DNA from: Camelus dromedarius
Lineage: Eukaryota
NCBI RefSeq assembly: GCF_036321535.1
Contig: NC_087437.1
Coordinates: forward strand, 102,488,001 to 102,552,000
DNA: 64,000 nt
Direction: 5' to 3'
Of the stretch, positions 1 to 14,258 are shown piece by piece; position 1 is the stretch's first letter, and each line of letters starts with the position of its first letter. A program made the position numbers and the translations under genes. Below the pieces are notes generated by a model, which saw nothing but the letters and a program-made list of their open reading frames with translations, was not told the DNA's origin and did not search any database.

Positions 1-458
1 AATGAGTAGAAAACGGTGCATTGTTCTTTTAAACAGAAGCATTTTCTGACATAGGACTATGCCAGATCTCTTTTACATATACTGTGCTTGTATTTTCTGT
101 AAGTCAGTATTGTGCATGTGAAGTCTTTGTTATTGCATGTGAATTACTTTATATCTAAATGAAGTTCCAAAGAAAATAGCCAATGATGTCAAAGGATCAG
201 AAGAGAAAATAGATTTCCATTTCCTGGAAATTCTATTTCCCCCAAATCTCATCTCTGCAGAGTCTACAAATTCCTCTTCCCCAGATTAAATCTGTTTTCA
301 GACATTAAACTCCAGAATGCTCCAGAATTAGAGCATTATTGTCCGTCCTAAATGGTACTCTGAAGTGGGTATAATTGATTTTTCTGTCTTGGTTAAAAAA
401 ACAGGCATCCATCAAAGAAAATGAAGGTGAACGAGTGGCATGATTTGACTTTCTGCAA

Positions 459-580
459 TTTTTTTTTTAATTAAAATATAGTTAGTTGATTTACAGTGTT
501 GTGTTAGTTTCTGGTGTACAACATAATGATTCAGTTATACATATACGTATGTATTCTTTTTCAGATTCTTTTTTCCATTT
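459..580 (-). mobile_element. 5'-truncated L1 3' end
   Basis: Poly-T followed by the reverse complement of the L1 3' tail (gttgatttacagtgttgtgttagtttctggtgtaca). The same tail is seen at 14.1, 26.2 and 38.3 kb. Confidence 0.85.
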
Positions 581-1185
581 AATGATCAGGAGCTCATTCT
601 GACTGCATGCTTCATATAGTTCCAGAATAAAGCTCATTCAACTTTCTAATCCTTTGCACTTCTAAATGCTATTTAATCCTCAAATTTCTTGACCATATCC
701 ACAAAAGCAAACTCTATAAATTTAACGGTAGTATTGGAAGTTGAGGGATCCAAAGAGCCTGTGAACAGACTGACATATCATCAAAAAAACCCTGTTATTT
801 ATGCAGCAATTCTGGGGGACTCTTTGGCCTGACTACTAACTTTAAAATATCATCCCACTGTAGCAGGATGTTACAGAAACAAAAATGATAAAAAAATGCC
901 ATGAAAATATTGCCTTAAATTTATTCAGACATTTAGAAAATTATAAGTGATCTTTGAAACATTAGATTTTTTTGGAGAAAATTCCTTTGTACACATAATT
1001 CATAAATCAGTATATCTGGCTAGTAGTATGTAAGGTCATGTCAAAAAATAAAAGGTAGTACATGATATTGTATATTAATAATTCCAAATAACAATGAATA
1101 ATTATAAATTAAAGGTTATTATTTAAAAGTGAAAGCAAATTGGAAACCACTCACTGCAGGCCTATTAATACAAGTCTGATGGTAA

Positions 1186-1186
<1 letters not shown>

Positions 1187-1229
<43 letters not shown>
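1187..1229. repeat. (TG)n microsatellite
   Basis: Directly visible TG run. Confidence 0.95.
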
Positions 1230-1232
<3 letters not shown>

Positions 1233-2115
1233 AAATTCCTGAATACTCTAGCATATGACAGTCAAATTTATATCATAAATCATTGTGCAAGTTCTAGTTA
1301 TAACCTCTACAATCTTTTTATAAATTCATTTTCTACATGAAAATTTCTCAGATGATCAACATGTCATTATATTCCTTAAGATAAATGTCATTAGTCTTTA
1401 CTAACATGTTTTAAACTAATTTATAATTGATGATACTATTCTTTACAAACTTTATAAACTAGTAAGTGGTTAAATACTGTTTTTTTACTTTGAAGATATG
1501 ATAAACAGAATTCTATTTTAAAAAGAAGAAATGAAGTAAGCAGGCAACAGTTCTTCAAATATTTGTGGAAATTACAAATAACAGATTTTCCAAAAAGTGC
1601 ATTTTAAGTGACATAGTACTACTTATATGTTAACCTGATTGCATACGGAAACCAACAGTAATCTTAAATATTTTAAATGTAACTATTACACTTAAATAGG
1701 ACATGACTGTTTTAAATAATATGTCTAAAAGACTGCATAGTTGGGAATTAAACTGAGTTTTGAATCAAAACCTTTCTTTCAAAACATTAACATTTGTGTT
1801 TATCTAACCAAAATAAAAGTAATAAATGGTCATTTAAAAAGTAAAATATCTAGAATACATAAAGTGAAAAATAACAGATTCCTTAATTTTAAAAATCTTC
1901 CATATACTTATCTTAGTTTATAAGATATTTACCGCCTTAAATTAAGCATAGATATTTGTAAGAAAAGTTATGGACTGTATACCTGAGTGTCTCTGTGTTG
2001 ACTGTGTGTATTTGTGCGTGTGAGTGCACCTGCATGCATGTATGTGTGTGTGTGTGTTAGAGACAGAGGTAAGTAAGTTAATCACTCCATGTGAGACTGG
2101 GTAGCTCTCTGTTTT

Positions 2116-2671
2116 TGTTACCGTGAGGAGGGTAAAAACGTGTCAGTTCTCTGTTTTACTGGAGAAAGAGAATTTAAACAGGAGACTGAAATCGCGATAT
2201 AAACAGAAAATGTTATTAATAGAGCAAAAATTAGTAGAGTACACCTCCAAAAACTGAAGGCGGGCCAACTCAAGAGAGGAAAATGGCGTTGCCCCTTTGC
2301 TTCTCCCCTCTTATACCCTGGTTCTGGTGACTGATTGACAGTTTACATGCCTTGAGTGCTCAGGGCCACCCATTTCTTTGGCACATGCTCTTACCCATGA
2401 TGCACACAGAAAAACCTACAGGAGGGGGCCTAAACCACCATGCTAATTACATTATAACGAACTCTGGGTCATGTTAAGCCCTGTCCTTCTCTTTACTGAA
2501 CGTGACCGCAGCATTTGATTCTAACCCGCTTCTTTGTCAGCATTCATTTAAAAAAAGTAAAATTTTTTGAAGCCCCTTATCCTGAGCGCAGGTGTACTGG
2601 TACCTTCTGGATTATTCCCTCCTCTTTCCTCTCCCCTTGCCTGGTGCTCATTTCTATCTAACTGCCTAATA
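2116..2671 (-). mobile_element. Solo ERV LTR, related to the LTR at 22212
   Basis: Starts TGTTA and ends CTAATA (degenerate CA end); flanks tttt/tgtt. GC-richer than surroundings. Shares colinear blocks (tacacctccaa, cacagaaaaacc, ggcctaaac, tcatgtta) with 22212-22703. Confidence 0.75.
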
Positions 2672-3289
2672 TGTTCATTAGCTACATAATATTTTATTGT
2701 TTGATTTACCATAAAGTTAAAGAAATTATTTTATCTTCAAAAACTATATAGCATTAACTAATAATATATGATTTTAAAAATAAATCACAAAGAGAAAAAA
2801 TGTGTAGGACAGAACAGCAGAGCAAATGTGCTAAAGGGGTTTCTATTATATTTCAAGTTAATGTTAAATGAACTTCAGCAAATTGTTTTTTTGAATTCAC
2901 TTTTATGCTCAAAATAGTTTAAGAAACATCATTCAGGGATCAAAAAAAAAAAAAAAAAAACAATACATAAACAGCTGAAACTGAGCAGAGAGCTCCCAGA
3001 ATACATAAACTCATCAATGATGGGGCTTCGGGGGCAAATTACTAATGCTGTCGTGAAATGCAGGTTTTTGAGCCCATGTAATGTTTCAGAGTATTGGAGG
3101 TAACCCTGAAAGGCCCTCATGAATTCGGTATCCAAAAGGAACAATGCTCAACTGCTCAACTGCTCCAACTTTATTTCTTGCTTACATAATAGTCCAGAGG
3201 TGAATGTTCCAATGTTGGCAGTTTCTCTAGTCTGTAAAATTATCCAGAAACACAAAGTGTCAGATTAACATTAGCTCAGCCGTAAGTCT

Positions 3290-3570
3290 GTAAGATCCAT
3301 CGCTAGGGTGATAATGTAACACCATAAAAGCCATTTTTGTCTTTGTGATTGGTAAAGGTATAGATTATCAGTGGACCAATACCCTTATACAAATGGAGTG
3401 CATTTAAATTGACAATATTTATCAATATTTGATATGTGTATAAAGTGCGTTGATAAAGTGATTCCACTTATAAAAATTTCACCTAGTGGAAAAATCATAC
3501 AGATGTGTACACGTGTAAACAATAATGTGGTATAGCATTGGTTATGACAATAAAAACATGTACTTCAAAA
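3290..3570 (+). mobile_element. Ancient L1M(E) 3' fragment
   Basis: Degenerate L1 ORF2 C-terminal/3' motifs (gtgattccact, tagcattggttatgacaataaaa). Confidence 0.5.
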
Positions 3571-3869
3571 ATTTCAGGTGTTGATAGTGATTTAAAACCA
3601 TTTTATTTTTTATATTATCTCCAATGAATTTGAAAGAATGAAAAAGAGATTTCTGAAAAGTAATTGTAATAAACAGATAAATTTAAATGTTTAAAATATG
3701 GAAATAGAATTTTTTATATCATTTTTTCAGATATTAAAAACCCAAAAGGATTTTAAAATGTATAATATTACATAGTATCCTTGTATGCATATTATGTATA
3801 TGTACATACATATAAGTATATTTGTAACAATCATATTCACCAGAAATCTGAGCAAATGAGAAGAATAAG

Positions 3870-4150
3870 TAGTGTTAGAGAAAGGACATGGGCTTATAGA
3901 AACACTTATCTCAATTTGAATCCCACCTCTGACTTCTACCATCTGGGTGATTTCCAGCAAGTAATTGATTTCCTTTATTCTCAATTCAAACACATGAAAA
4001 ATCAGCGTAGCGAAGACTATATTTGCGTAACCGTGAGTGTTAAATAAGGAAATATGTATGAAGTACTTAATACAATTCTAAGAGTTAAGTGTTTAAGGAT
4101 GGTAGTTTTATTGATTGTTTTCTATTATTGTTATTATTATAATTATTATT
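3870..4150 (+). mobile_element. MIR SINE
   Basis: tttgaatcccacctctgac...ctgggtgat...gcaagtaatt core with an (ATT)-rich tail. Confidence 0.75.
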
Positions 4151-6099
4151 GGTTTATACATTTATTAAAGGGATCTTTGAAGTCATCTTACCCAATGATT
4201 GTGCACATATCCCTTCTATAGGGATTCTCTGCTGGAATATTTTTAGAGACAGAGAAACATTATTCTTTAAAAAAATCCTCTTATTTATAAATGTGATAGT
4301 TTTATATAATTGTTGCTATGCTAAATGTATATATCGGTATATGTTACAAAACTATCTTTTTAACATTTATTCAAAATTCTCATGAGTTTGCCTAACAATT
4401 TATGAGCAAATAATTCATACATTTAAGCCATTTTATTATTTAAATTCAAAGATAATTGTAATACAAGGTAATCAATTTGATGGGAAAGTGTAGTTATGGA
4501 TTCCCTTTGGAAGTCAGTTAAATAAAATACCTATATGGAAGATGGGAGGCTCATATGTTATGGAACAAGGCTGATGTTTTTTCCCATTCTTGAGAAGCCA
4601 TGTTTAATAACTGGGAAATGGCAGAGCTGTGCCACCCCATATTTCCAGTAAATAACCTATTTTTAAAATGAGATTTTTCCTTATTAACATGTTAAATCTC
4701 ATTTTCAGGATGGTGGGATTAATAAACTTGTGGTGGTATCTAACTAGCCACCTTTAAGGAAAACATCCATATAAAGGAAGCCTTGATTTTAGTTTTCTTA
4801 AATACAGATCTGCTAGATTGCTTCCTTTTTGCATATAGCTAGAATATAATTAAAATAGATAATTAGAGAAAGTAATTACTGAGTTCTTCTTTCAGTTCTT
4901 GCACATTCATTAAGGATTATATATAAATCTAAATTAGCCTAAAAAGTACAGTAGTTGACAGCTCAAAAGCTATCTTGAGTTGTAATATTAAGAACAGTCA
5001 TCTTTTATCATACATATCTGTGTTTAATTTGGAACCAGGCAAAATTATATTAGTTTGTATAATCAAGGTTTTAAATACTGCAGAATAATAAATGATTACC
5101 TAGAGAAACAATCTGAAATTATATTTTACATTTACTTTAAATGGGAAAACAGCTTTGTTTCCTTTTTCCATCTTTCTTATATTTTCAAATCTCAAATGTT
5201 GTGTTAAGTCTATAAGAAATACTGTGTGCAAACTGATACTTTTCTACCTTGGTCTCTTCAAAATATATAAGCCATGGTCAGTTTCTTTTTATTAAAAGGA
5301 GAGATAAAAATGGAACAGTGTGAAGTATTACTGCATTATAGCCATTGACTTTCTGTGAGTAAATTCAAAATAGGTTAATTTCGTGGGATTTCAACCCAGA
5401 TCACAAATCATACAAGTCTCCAGCATTAGTAGATATTTACAGTCCTGAACTTGATTAAAATGCAAGTTGCATGAGTTTATTTTAGTAATCCTTCCAGTAT
5501 TCACCCTTTATTCTCATTGATGCCTGCTTAGGTATCCAATGCTCACCAATAAATGAATATTTTGGTAGAAAAATGAAAAAAATACTGAAATTGGACAAAA
5601 AGTTATGTTAAAATTAAGATATAGTTTCTCTTAGGCACAGTTTATTATATCAGAAAATTAGGCTCTTGGTTTCATATTTCAAGGAAAGCTGATATATATC
5701 AAAATCTACAAATTAAGGTATATAGAAATATGTATTAAAGTTTCCTCTGTTAACTTAAATGGCAAGTTTCCATCTGTTGTGTCAAATGTTAATTCACAAT
5801 AATCTTTGGGTTAATCACTCAAGAAGATGAAACAAAGAAATAAAATTTATGAAAGACATTTTTGAGGAGGAGCAGGCAGGAGACATTCTATTGAAGAGAT
5901 CAGGGCATTACACAGACATGGTAACCAGGACAGTGTGCACAGGGGGGGAAACAAATAGACCAAGAAAACAGAAAAGAAAATGGTCAGAAAGACTGCAATG
6001 TATGAATGATGTATGATGAAAACAGCATTGTTCATGTTGCCGAGGAAATCAAATACTGTTCGTAAGTGATACTCAGGAAATAAGCCTAACTACCAGACT

Positions 6100-6650
6100 G
6101 GAAAAAAATAGTATCACAGTCTCAGGTGTGGACAAGATGTGGGACAATGGACATAGGCACACACTTCTGAGGACAAAGCGGTACTGCCATTTAGAAAGTC
6201 AGCCTGGCACTTTGTTACCTTATACAGTTGAACTTGTGCATTCCTTATTATTCAGCAATTGTGTTTCCAGGATGCAGCCTTGTACACCAGAAGCCATGCA
6301 TCATATATACTGTTCATAATGGAATAACAACACACATAAAAATTTTAAAAAAACCCTGAAAATAGCACACATAGTTATCATCTGTAAAAGAGATACTGAC
6401 TTAAGTATAGTCAGACAATAGAAAAGTAAAATATATTATTGGGGGTATTTACTTATGAGACAAATAAATAATGTTAAGCAAGGCATTAAATGACACAAAA
6501 TTCAGAACAGTAGATTCTACTAAAAGGAGAAAAGAACCCACATTTGAATCAAGATTAACTTAATGCTTTATTTCTTAAGGAATTTGGGCAAGACACAGAC
6601 ATTTATTCCTTCAAATTGTGAAGTTCTGTATTACATTCAAACTTTGGTGT
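6100..6650 (+). mobile_element. Ancient L1ME 3' fragment
   Basis: ggacaagatgtggga...actgccatttagaaag...cagcaatt motifs typical of old L1 3' regions. Confidence 0.6.
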
Positions 6651-7038
6651 GCACAGAAGCAAACAGAAATTACCATACCTTGAAAACAGGGATAGCAAGT
6701 GTTTTTAAAGCAAAAAGCATGAAAAGGTTCAAATAGAAAATTTTAATTTAAGATGATGGACAAAAGGAGGAAATCTAAATTATTTTTTTGTGGAAAATAG
6801 TATTATTGTGATGGTTTGATTCCAATAAACCAAATTTAATTTCTGAGATGCATAGTACATAGTTGAGGTATATGTTCACAGTTTCATTTGATTACTGACC
6901 TAATTATGTCCAAGAACTAAAAAGAAAAAAACAGAAAAGACCCATTAGCATCCTACATTAACATGGAAAAAAAAAAAAAGACAAAATCAGAGCCCTAGTT
7001 ACTATGAAACATTCTGTTTTCCCCAGTCAGTCAATAAA

Positions 7039-7493
7039 GAAGCACCCTCTTAATTAGGACAGCCGTTCAGTTCACCACCCTCACAGCAGACCCCATCTCT
7101 TGACTTCATTCCCAGAGAGAGGAGAATACAAGGACTTATTTGTGACAGACTGTCCTTTCTTAATCTACAAAAGTTATTGGTTAATTTACGTATTAAAAAT
7201 AATACATGCTTATCTAGAATTGACCTACCACATCTCAGTAAAAATATTTTAACATTTATTTACCAAATATGTGATGATATGCACTAAACACAGAGGCAAT
7301 TTTTCTGCTGAAGTAAAATTAAAACAAACCTGGTGTGACTGCTACATATTAATAGATCACTGTACAACAAGAAATTTAAGATTAAGAAAAGAATTTCTGC
7401 CAAAGTGTAATGCACTGATACCTATTCATCATTCCCTAATCACAAAATATATACGTAATTATAGAGATAAAATGGGTTGAAGTGAATTATTGT
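7039..7493 (+). repeat. Copy 1 of a diverged ~450-bp local duplication
   Basis: Colinear with 8267-8698; exact 18-mer tttgtgacagactgtcct at 7139-7156. Confidence 0.85.
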
Positions 7494-8266
7494 TAATTAT
7501 ATTTCCTTCTGTTTATATTCATAGGCATTGACAAAGTAATAGCCTAATTTTCTTCAGGTGACACTATTTAATATTTTTATATGATCTTAATGGAAATATT
7601 GAGTTTAATTATTCATTTTCTATTTCCAAGAGTACACAAGAGTTCAGGAAACAATATGAAAAAAGAGTAATATTATTAAACTCTAACAAAGATAACATTG
7701 GTTATACAAAACTCATTTAAAGTTAATCAAATGAGGGAGAATGGTAATAGAGATTTAGCAAGTAGCCTATAAGCCCAAACTCATTTATGAAGAAACAAAA
7801 GAAAAATATATTTTAAAAGATTCATCAGAAGGATACTTTCTTCTTTACCTGAAGGGAGATCAGAACAGATACTTAATGCCCCTTGACAGATAGGAGTTGT
7901 TTCTTTCCTTTAATACATGAGTATCCTAAAAATGAACTGGATTTCATATTATTTTTTTAGAATAGAGACTTACAGAACAGTATTTCACCAGAAAACCTCT
8001 TATTTATAGAATCCAAAGAGTGATGCTTCATTTTAAGTGGAAGATTCAAATCAGACTAGCATCTCTCTTCCTGTCTTTTCAGGGCACATTGTAATGGCAT
8101 CACCTCCTGGTCTGTTCTCCCAACATCCACATCTCCCTTCTCTGAATTCTTTCATCGGTAATTTCTGTAACCTCACTTAGAATTCTTCTGCTGCTTCACC
8201 TTATTGGATTATGTTTATTTCATCTTTTCTTAAGTAAATCCTCCAACTAGATTTCAAGCCCCTGGA

Positions 8267-8698
8267 AAAGCATCCTCTGAGATAGAAGGATGATCTGTCA
8301 GTTCACCCACCGTTCTGGTGGGCCCCACCAGCCCTTGACTTCCTTTCTAGGTGGAGGAAAGTGAGGGGGCTTGTTTGTGACAGACTGTCCTACCTGAAAC
8401 CATAAAGAATATCAGCTGACTTATTTATTAGGAATAATATTTGTTATCTGGAGTTTTCTTTCCACATTAGTTAATTTAGTATTGCAGATATTTACCTATG
8501 AATATACCCTTGAATAAAGAAACAGTTTCTTACTGAAGTACAATTTAAAGAATCTGGTATTAGCAGATGTTGTGCAGGAGAAAGTTTAATTTTAAGGAAA
8601 AGATTTATTTTGAGGTAGAACACATTGATTTCTTTCAGTTTTCCCTACCATAACATACATATTTATAGAGGTGGAATGGGTTGCAGTGTATATTAGCC
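8267..8698 (+). repeat. Copy 2 of a diverged ~450-bp local duplication
   Basis: Colinear with 7039-7493; exact 18-mer at 8374-8391. Confidence 0.85.
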
Positions 8699-8935
8699 AC
8701 TATTATATTCAGAAGAGAAAGAAAATGGGCCATGAGTGTAGGCTTGAACTTGAGCCTTTAAAAGTGAAGAGAAGATTCAGTATTAGAAGAAAATGAAGAG
8801 GCTGCTGAAAATGAAATAAAAAATACAGGAAACAGTACTAATTTAAGAAAGTGAAACAAGATACAAGTGGCTACTTAAGTAAAATCAATACTTTTTGTTA
8901 TTCATTCAGTCTAAAAGTATTTTTAGAGCACCACC

Positions 8936-9420
8936 TTTTAGGAGACAAGTCCCTGTGGGTCCCATGTCTGAACATTGTACAAGCAAAGGCACTTACAGCT
9001 TTTGTTTTAGACTGTATTTTCAAGGCAGTTTGTAGAGTAAACCACCCTAAAACATAGAGATGGTGTCAATCTCTAGAGCAGAGAGAAGATTTGTTTGCTG
9101 ACCAGAAGAGTAAAGTTAATGTCTCTCTTTGGGGCAAAGGCTGGGCAAGTGTGATTTCATCACCTGGTAAAAGATTGGCATTTTCTGAAATTGGGGTTCT
9201 TTGGGAATCAGCAAAAACACTGCATGTGTTACATCCCACTGGGCACCTCTGGGTCACTGCCTGGAGACCTGGGAGGCACAGGGAATCAGAGTGAACATGG
9301 AGCTCATGGTACCTGTTTTAACATGAGTAAAACAAAAATAAAACCCTTTTGTCTCTGATGCAGGGGTCTTCTGTTAGCTTGAAAGGAGAATAAAATCTCA
9401 GCCCTTCACAGTTCTTGATA
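8936..9420 (-). mobile_element. MER77-like LTR inserted in an L2 tail
   Basis: The minus strand begins tatcaagaactgtgaagggctgagatttt, like the recalled MER77 consensus. L2 tail sequence (ttattcattcag...gagcac / ctatgtgttaggc) continues on both sides. Confidence 0.75.
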
Positions 9421-10029
9421 CCCACTATGTGTTAGGCTTTTTTTTAAGGCGATGGGGAATGTAAGTGAATAAAATAGACCGTAATCTCGGCTCTATTAGA
9501 GCTTGCATTCTAGGGATGCAAAATTTTAAAAATAATAATTAAGAGAAGATATAAAGCATGTAAGTAGTTAGAATTTTTGTAAAACAAAATTTTATTTAAA
9601 ATTTTAAGGAACTGAGGGTAAAATTTCTATAAGGTGGGACCCTGTAAAAATGATGATCATATACTTGAAAGATATAATTTAATAGAGAACAATGGTAAGT
9701 GTGGTAGAACTGGAGCCTAAAATGAATGGATCAGCACATATTTGTAGCCAATTAAGAACTCCTCAATGGTTTTATATTTTAAAATTAGTAATCACAGTGA
9801 GGATAGAAACAAAATTATTTAATCACTTGTGTTTCAGGGAAAGTGGTCTAACTACAGTTGTAGCATTTATTGTAAAATGGGGTTAGTATAAAATCAGAAA
9901 AATCTTTGTGATGCTGAAGTTGATACAATCAAGAAAAAAATGATGGAATAGCCATTAAGTTAAAACTATGGTCCTGAAAATTGTTAATCTGGAAATTGAT
10001 AAATGAGAGAGGAAAATTTATCAAGAAGG

Positions 10030-10490
10030 GACTTCACTTATGTTTTAGGCACCTTGCGTTTCGGATAACGGTAAGACTGCCAGGTGAAGGGGTTCGTGAA
10101 AGTCAAAAGTTTGGCCTTTGAGTGTAGAAAGAAATTTGAATGTGAGACAAGATTTAGGATCATCCCTTGAGAATTGATTTCTAAAGCTGTGAGAATAGAT
10201 ACGCTCTCAAGGATGGTACGAAAATGAAAGAACAGATGGCCCAAAGCCCAATGTTGAATCACCCGCATTTTCACAGAGTTGTCAAAAATAATCCACCGAA
10301 AAGAAAGAGAAGAGGAGAAAGAGAAAGAGGAGAAGGATGAGGGAGTTCACGATAGCTCAGGGCCCTAAATACCAAGACAGACAAGGGTATCAGCAAGAAC
10401 AGAGTGACCACGTTGTTCAGTGACCAAAGAATATTAATACCAGAGGAGAAATTATAGGTGACCTTCAATTTTGTAAGGGTACAGGCCATA
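10030..10490 (-). mobile_element. L2 fragment
   Basis: Purine-rich antisense L2 pattern (aaagctgtgagaatagat, ggcccaaagccc, ggtgaccttc). Confidence 0.6.
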
Positions 10491-11864
10491 GAATTTATAG
10501 AGATAAAAACAAGATAATTTTTAAATAATTTATTCTCAATATTGGGTATAATTATTAAATTGATTTGTAAAATTATGTTGATATGCTATCTTTAAATTTT
10601 GACTAAAAGTAATTTCTTTCCATCTGAAATGTTCCATATATAAAATGTCATTTAGGTAAATTTTACTCTTCTGTGTGTATAATGTAATTTCAACATTAAA
10701 ATTAATAATAATAATGCCTAACTATAATTTTATTTTTAGCAAGTCTTTTGTATGTTGAGTCCTGAGGGGTATTTGTGAGTTTCTTTCATTAAACCTATGA
10801 ACTGATTCAGTATGAGCAAAGAGAAATAGCACTAGAGCAATAAAAACTCTTCCTTATTTTTCCTTCATTTTTTGTTTCATTAACTTGCTGTGTGTCATTG
10901 GGAAAGAAAATGTGTTTCCACCTTAATTTTTCAATTTGTGATAAAGGAATAATAAATAATACCTGCTTCAAACTTATCTAAAATAATACAATTGATTTTG
11001 AAACAAATGGGGAAAAAAAAGGCGAGGCAGAGAATAATTTAAAGTTTCATTTCAAGAGTGTTAAATAGTTCGGAGTATTTTTTATTATGTTACTTGGTTT
11101 AGCTACATCATTTCATTACATTAAATGGTAATATGAAGAATACATATTTCTCTAAAATACATGTGGGATCCTAAGCCTCCGTGTCTCTAACCTAATTACA
11201 TCTAGGTTTATGACTAACCACTGAGTTCATTAGGAACTACTGATGTGTGCAAAATAATCTGATAGTTCACAACTTCATATATTTAACTTGGTGAAAAAAT
11301 ATTTAAAATGCTATTAGATTTAATGCCACTGTTGTATGCCTACCATCTTTTGCATCAAATAAAAATTAAAGCACAAACGCTTTGTCAGAATGCTGAATTT
11401 TACAACTTCCTGAGAAGATTTCAGCAGACTATTGTACACACAGTGTTGAAGAAAGGAACACAAAATAGTGCCAGAGATTATTCCCTGTGATTTATACCAC
11501 CACCGTGGTATCATAAACATGTTAAAAACGTAGCCATCTCACTTTCCTTACATTTTAAGTTTCATTTTCATAGTTCTGTGAAAATGATAGTGTGCAGACA
11601 ACAGAATGAGAAAACTTAGTAGAAACATCCACAGCTATATTAAAAGCACAGGTAATAGAGATTGACATGTAAATGGTACCACCTAAAATCTACAAATTAG
11701 AAATAAAATCTCAAGGGCTATCAATTCTTGTGATTCAGGGCATTTGCCATATGGAGTTAGTAAGAAATAACCTGCTGGGATTTTATTTCTTTTTAGATAA
11801 ACATCTTACGTATTTTTTTTAATAACTGAAACAATAGATTTAAGTATGTGTTACTATTTAAGAT

Positions 11865-11995
11865 AATTGTAATAAGCTACCATGTACTGGGAGCCAAGTA
11901 TATTCTAAGCACTGTATTTGTATAGTTTTTCATTCGATTTTCAAAATATCTCTATGACCTAGGAATTATTATCCTCATGTTTAAGATAAAAGAAA
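11865..11995 (-). mobile_element. MIR fragment
   Basis: ttctaagcact...ctatgacctagg...attatcctcatgttt matches the antisense MIR core. Confidence 0.65.
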
Positions 11996-14052
11996 GAGGA
12001 AAGGACAGAAGGAAGGCAGGAAGGAAAGAAGAGACTTAGGCAGCATGCAAAGGAATAATGGCATAATTGCAATATAATCTATTTTATGAATTGAAATACT
12101 ACATTAATAGTTTCTGATGTTATATTATTTAAAATACCATTTTTATTACGATATACAATATAAGCATACAACCACTTCTAGATTTTTTTTTGAAGGAAAA
12201 TATTGGTCCTTCTCACCCAGCCCCCAATATATATTGAAAAATCTTGATTTTTTTTTACTGAAAAGTAGATAGTTTCCTCTTGATGGGAAGGATAAGTCAA
12301 TTTTAGCTCTTCAGCCACTTTACCCAAGACCAACCTCATTTCAATTGACACCTGAAATATTTTTCATTGTTTCTCTTATATTTCCATTTATCTGCTTTGT
12401 TTAGCCAATTTTAAGTGCACGCAGATACTTTTGTGATGATATTTGGTATTAGGTGAACCATGTTAGTGGAATGAATTTAGTTACATTATTTCTTTTGTAT
12501 ATAATAAATATGTTAGCCTTTCAAGTAGGAACTGAAATGATTTCTGATAAAATCAGAAAAAAATATACTTTCTGATAGTAAGAATTGACAATTCAGTTTT
12601 ATAAATAGGTATTTGATTTCTAAATAAAAAAGTAATTAAAAGGAAGAGTTAGAAAATAAAGGTATTTTTGGCAATGCAGTGGAAGTTGTAAGAAATTAAA
12701 TATATGGATTAAAATTTTATTACAATTTTGAATCACAATATAAAATGTAAAGAATCACTCTTTCCCACCAAGTTTGAAATCAGTTGAGAAGCAACAAAGA
12801 ATTAGCAAATGTAGAGTTGTCATATGCTTTTGTTTTGTTTAATTAAGGTCAAGCTTATTTGAGATAAAAAATGATTTTCCTGCTTCTTATTATTCTTGAA
12901 ATAGCTCATGCAAAGGAATGTCTGAAATTGTGTAGAACAGACATTATCTACCTGTGTTGCTGCTTCCTACTGTTCTGGGTTCTGGAGTGTGTGTGTGTGC
13001 ACAGGGTAGTGGGGTGAGGTTAGTGGGAATGTCCCTGACTTCAGCAAGTTAAGAAATTTGGATGAAGACTCTGACCCCTACTGGTTAACATATCCTACTC
13101 CTGAAGAAATATTAAGGAATGGGGGGTATGGAAGCAAGTAGGAGGATTTATAGAAAAACCCTTCTCATGGATGAAAACAGAACACTCAAGAAGTGGATCA
13201 TCCAATCCACTTTTAGATTTGTTTGTTTGTTTTCGAATTCACCTCAAAATATAGAAGACCTAAAGTCTAACTCTCCTTTTGCAATGCTAAAAACTGCACT
13301 GAGTGAACTCCCTTGGACTGAGACACCTCAAACTATAATAAGCAATCTCATTTTCATTTCATGAAGATAATTTTAGTAATAATCAATAAGATAGACTTGG
13401 TCAGTTCTGAAATATCTGATCAGCCAGTTCACAGTGATTCCCCTAGCCTTTATATCAAAACTCATCTTTTCTGCCTCACCACTCTCAGAAATACTCATGT
13501 ACTGAATAATGAAATTTCTGTATTATCAAATTATTGTGTCATTATTTGTATTTGATATCCCCAATCTTTAATATTTCTTATAACGCATATTATAATGCCT
13601 TGAAAATAATAGATTATTAGTAAATGTTTTGTAATTTGATCTCCAGTTATTTTTGTTGTATAACTAACTGGTGGAATAGTTTATCCTCTACTTGAACTGA
13701 GAATATCAGAAGTTGAATGCTAGGGAATTTGAAATACTTCTAAGTTTCTTCACTTTTTATGTATGAACCGCTATTCCTTTTGGATTTCAACCTATTATAG
13801 AATGTCTTTATGGCATTACACCATCACTTTTCAAAGGATTGATCATCTCATTTGGCAGTTATTGATATAGTATCAATACTTGCTTCTAAATAAAGATAAA
13901 TGAAATGTATATAGTGTAGAAAGCATTGAGGTAAATTTTTTGTTGACACTCTGGTTTATTTTCAAGATAGGTCCATTTTATTTTAGGCTCTGAGTCAAAT
14001 TTTGATCTTGTTATTGGACACAATCTAGCTTCCATTATTTAAATAGTCTTAA

Positions 14053-14258
14053 GCATGTACTAAGCACTATATATAAAATAGATAAACAGCAAGGCCCTAC
14101 TGTATAGCACATGGAACTATATTTATTTAATATCTTGTAATAACTTATAATGAAAAATAATATGAAAAGAAATATATATGTACAACTGAATCACTAGGAT
14201 GTACACCAGAAATTAACACATTTTCAATCAACTATTCTTCAATTAAAAGAAAACTTTT
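14053..14258 (+). mobile_element. 5'-truncated L1 3' end with TSD
   Basis: tatataaaatagataaacagcaagg...tgtacaccagaaatt; TSD aaatagtcttaa (14041-14052) / aaaaagtcttaa (14259-14270). Confidence 0.9.
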
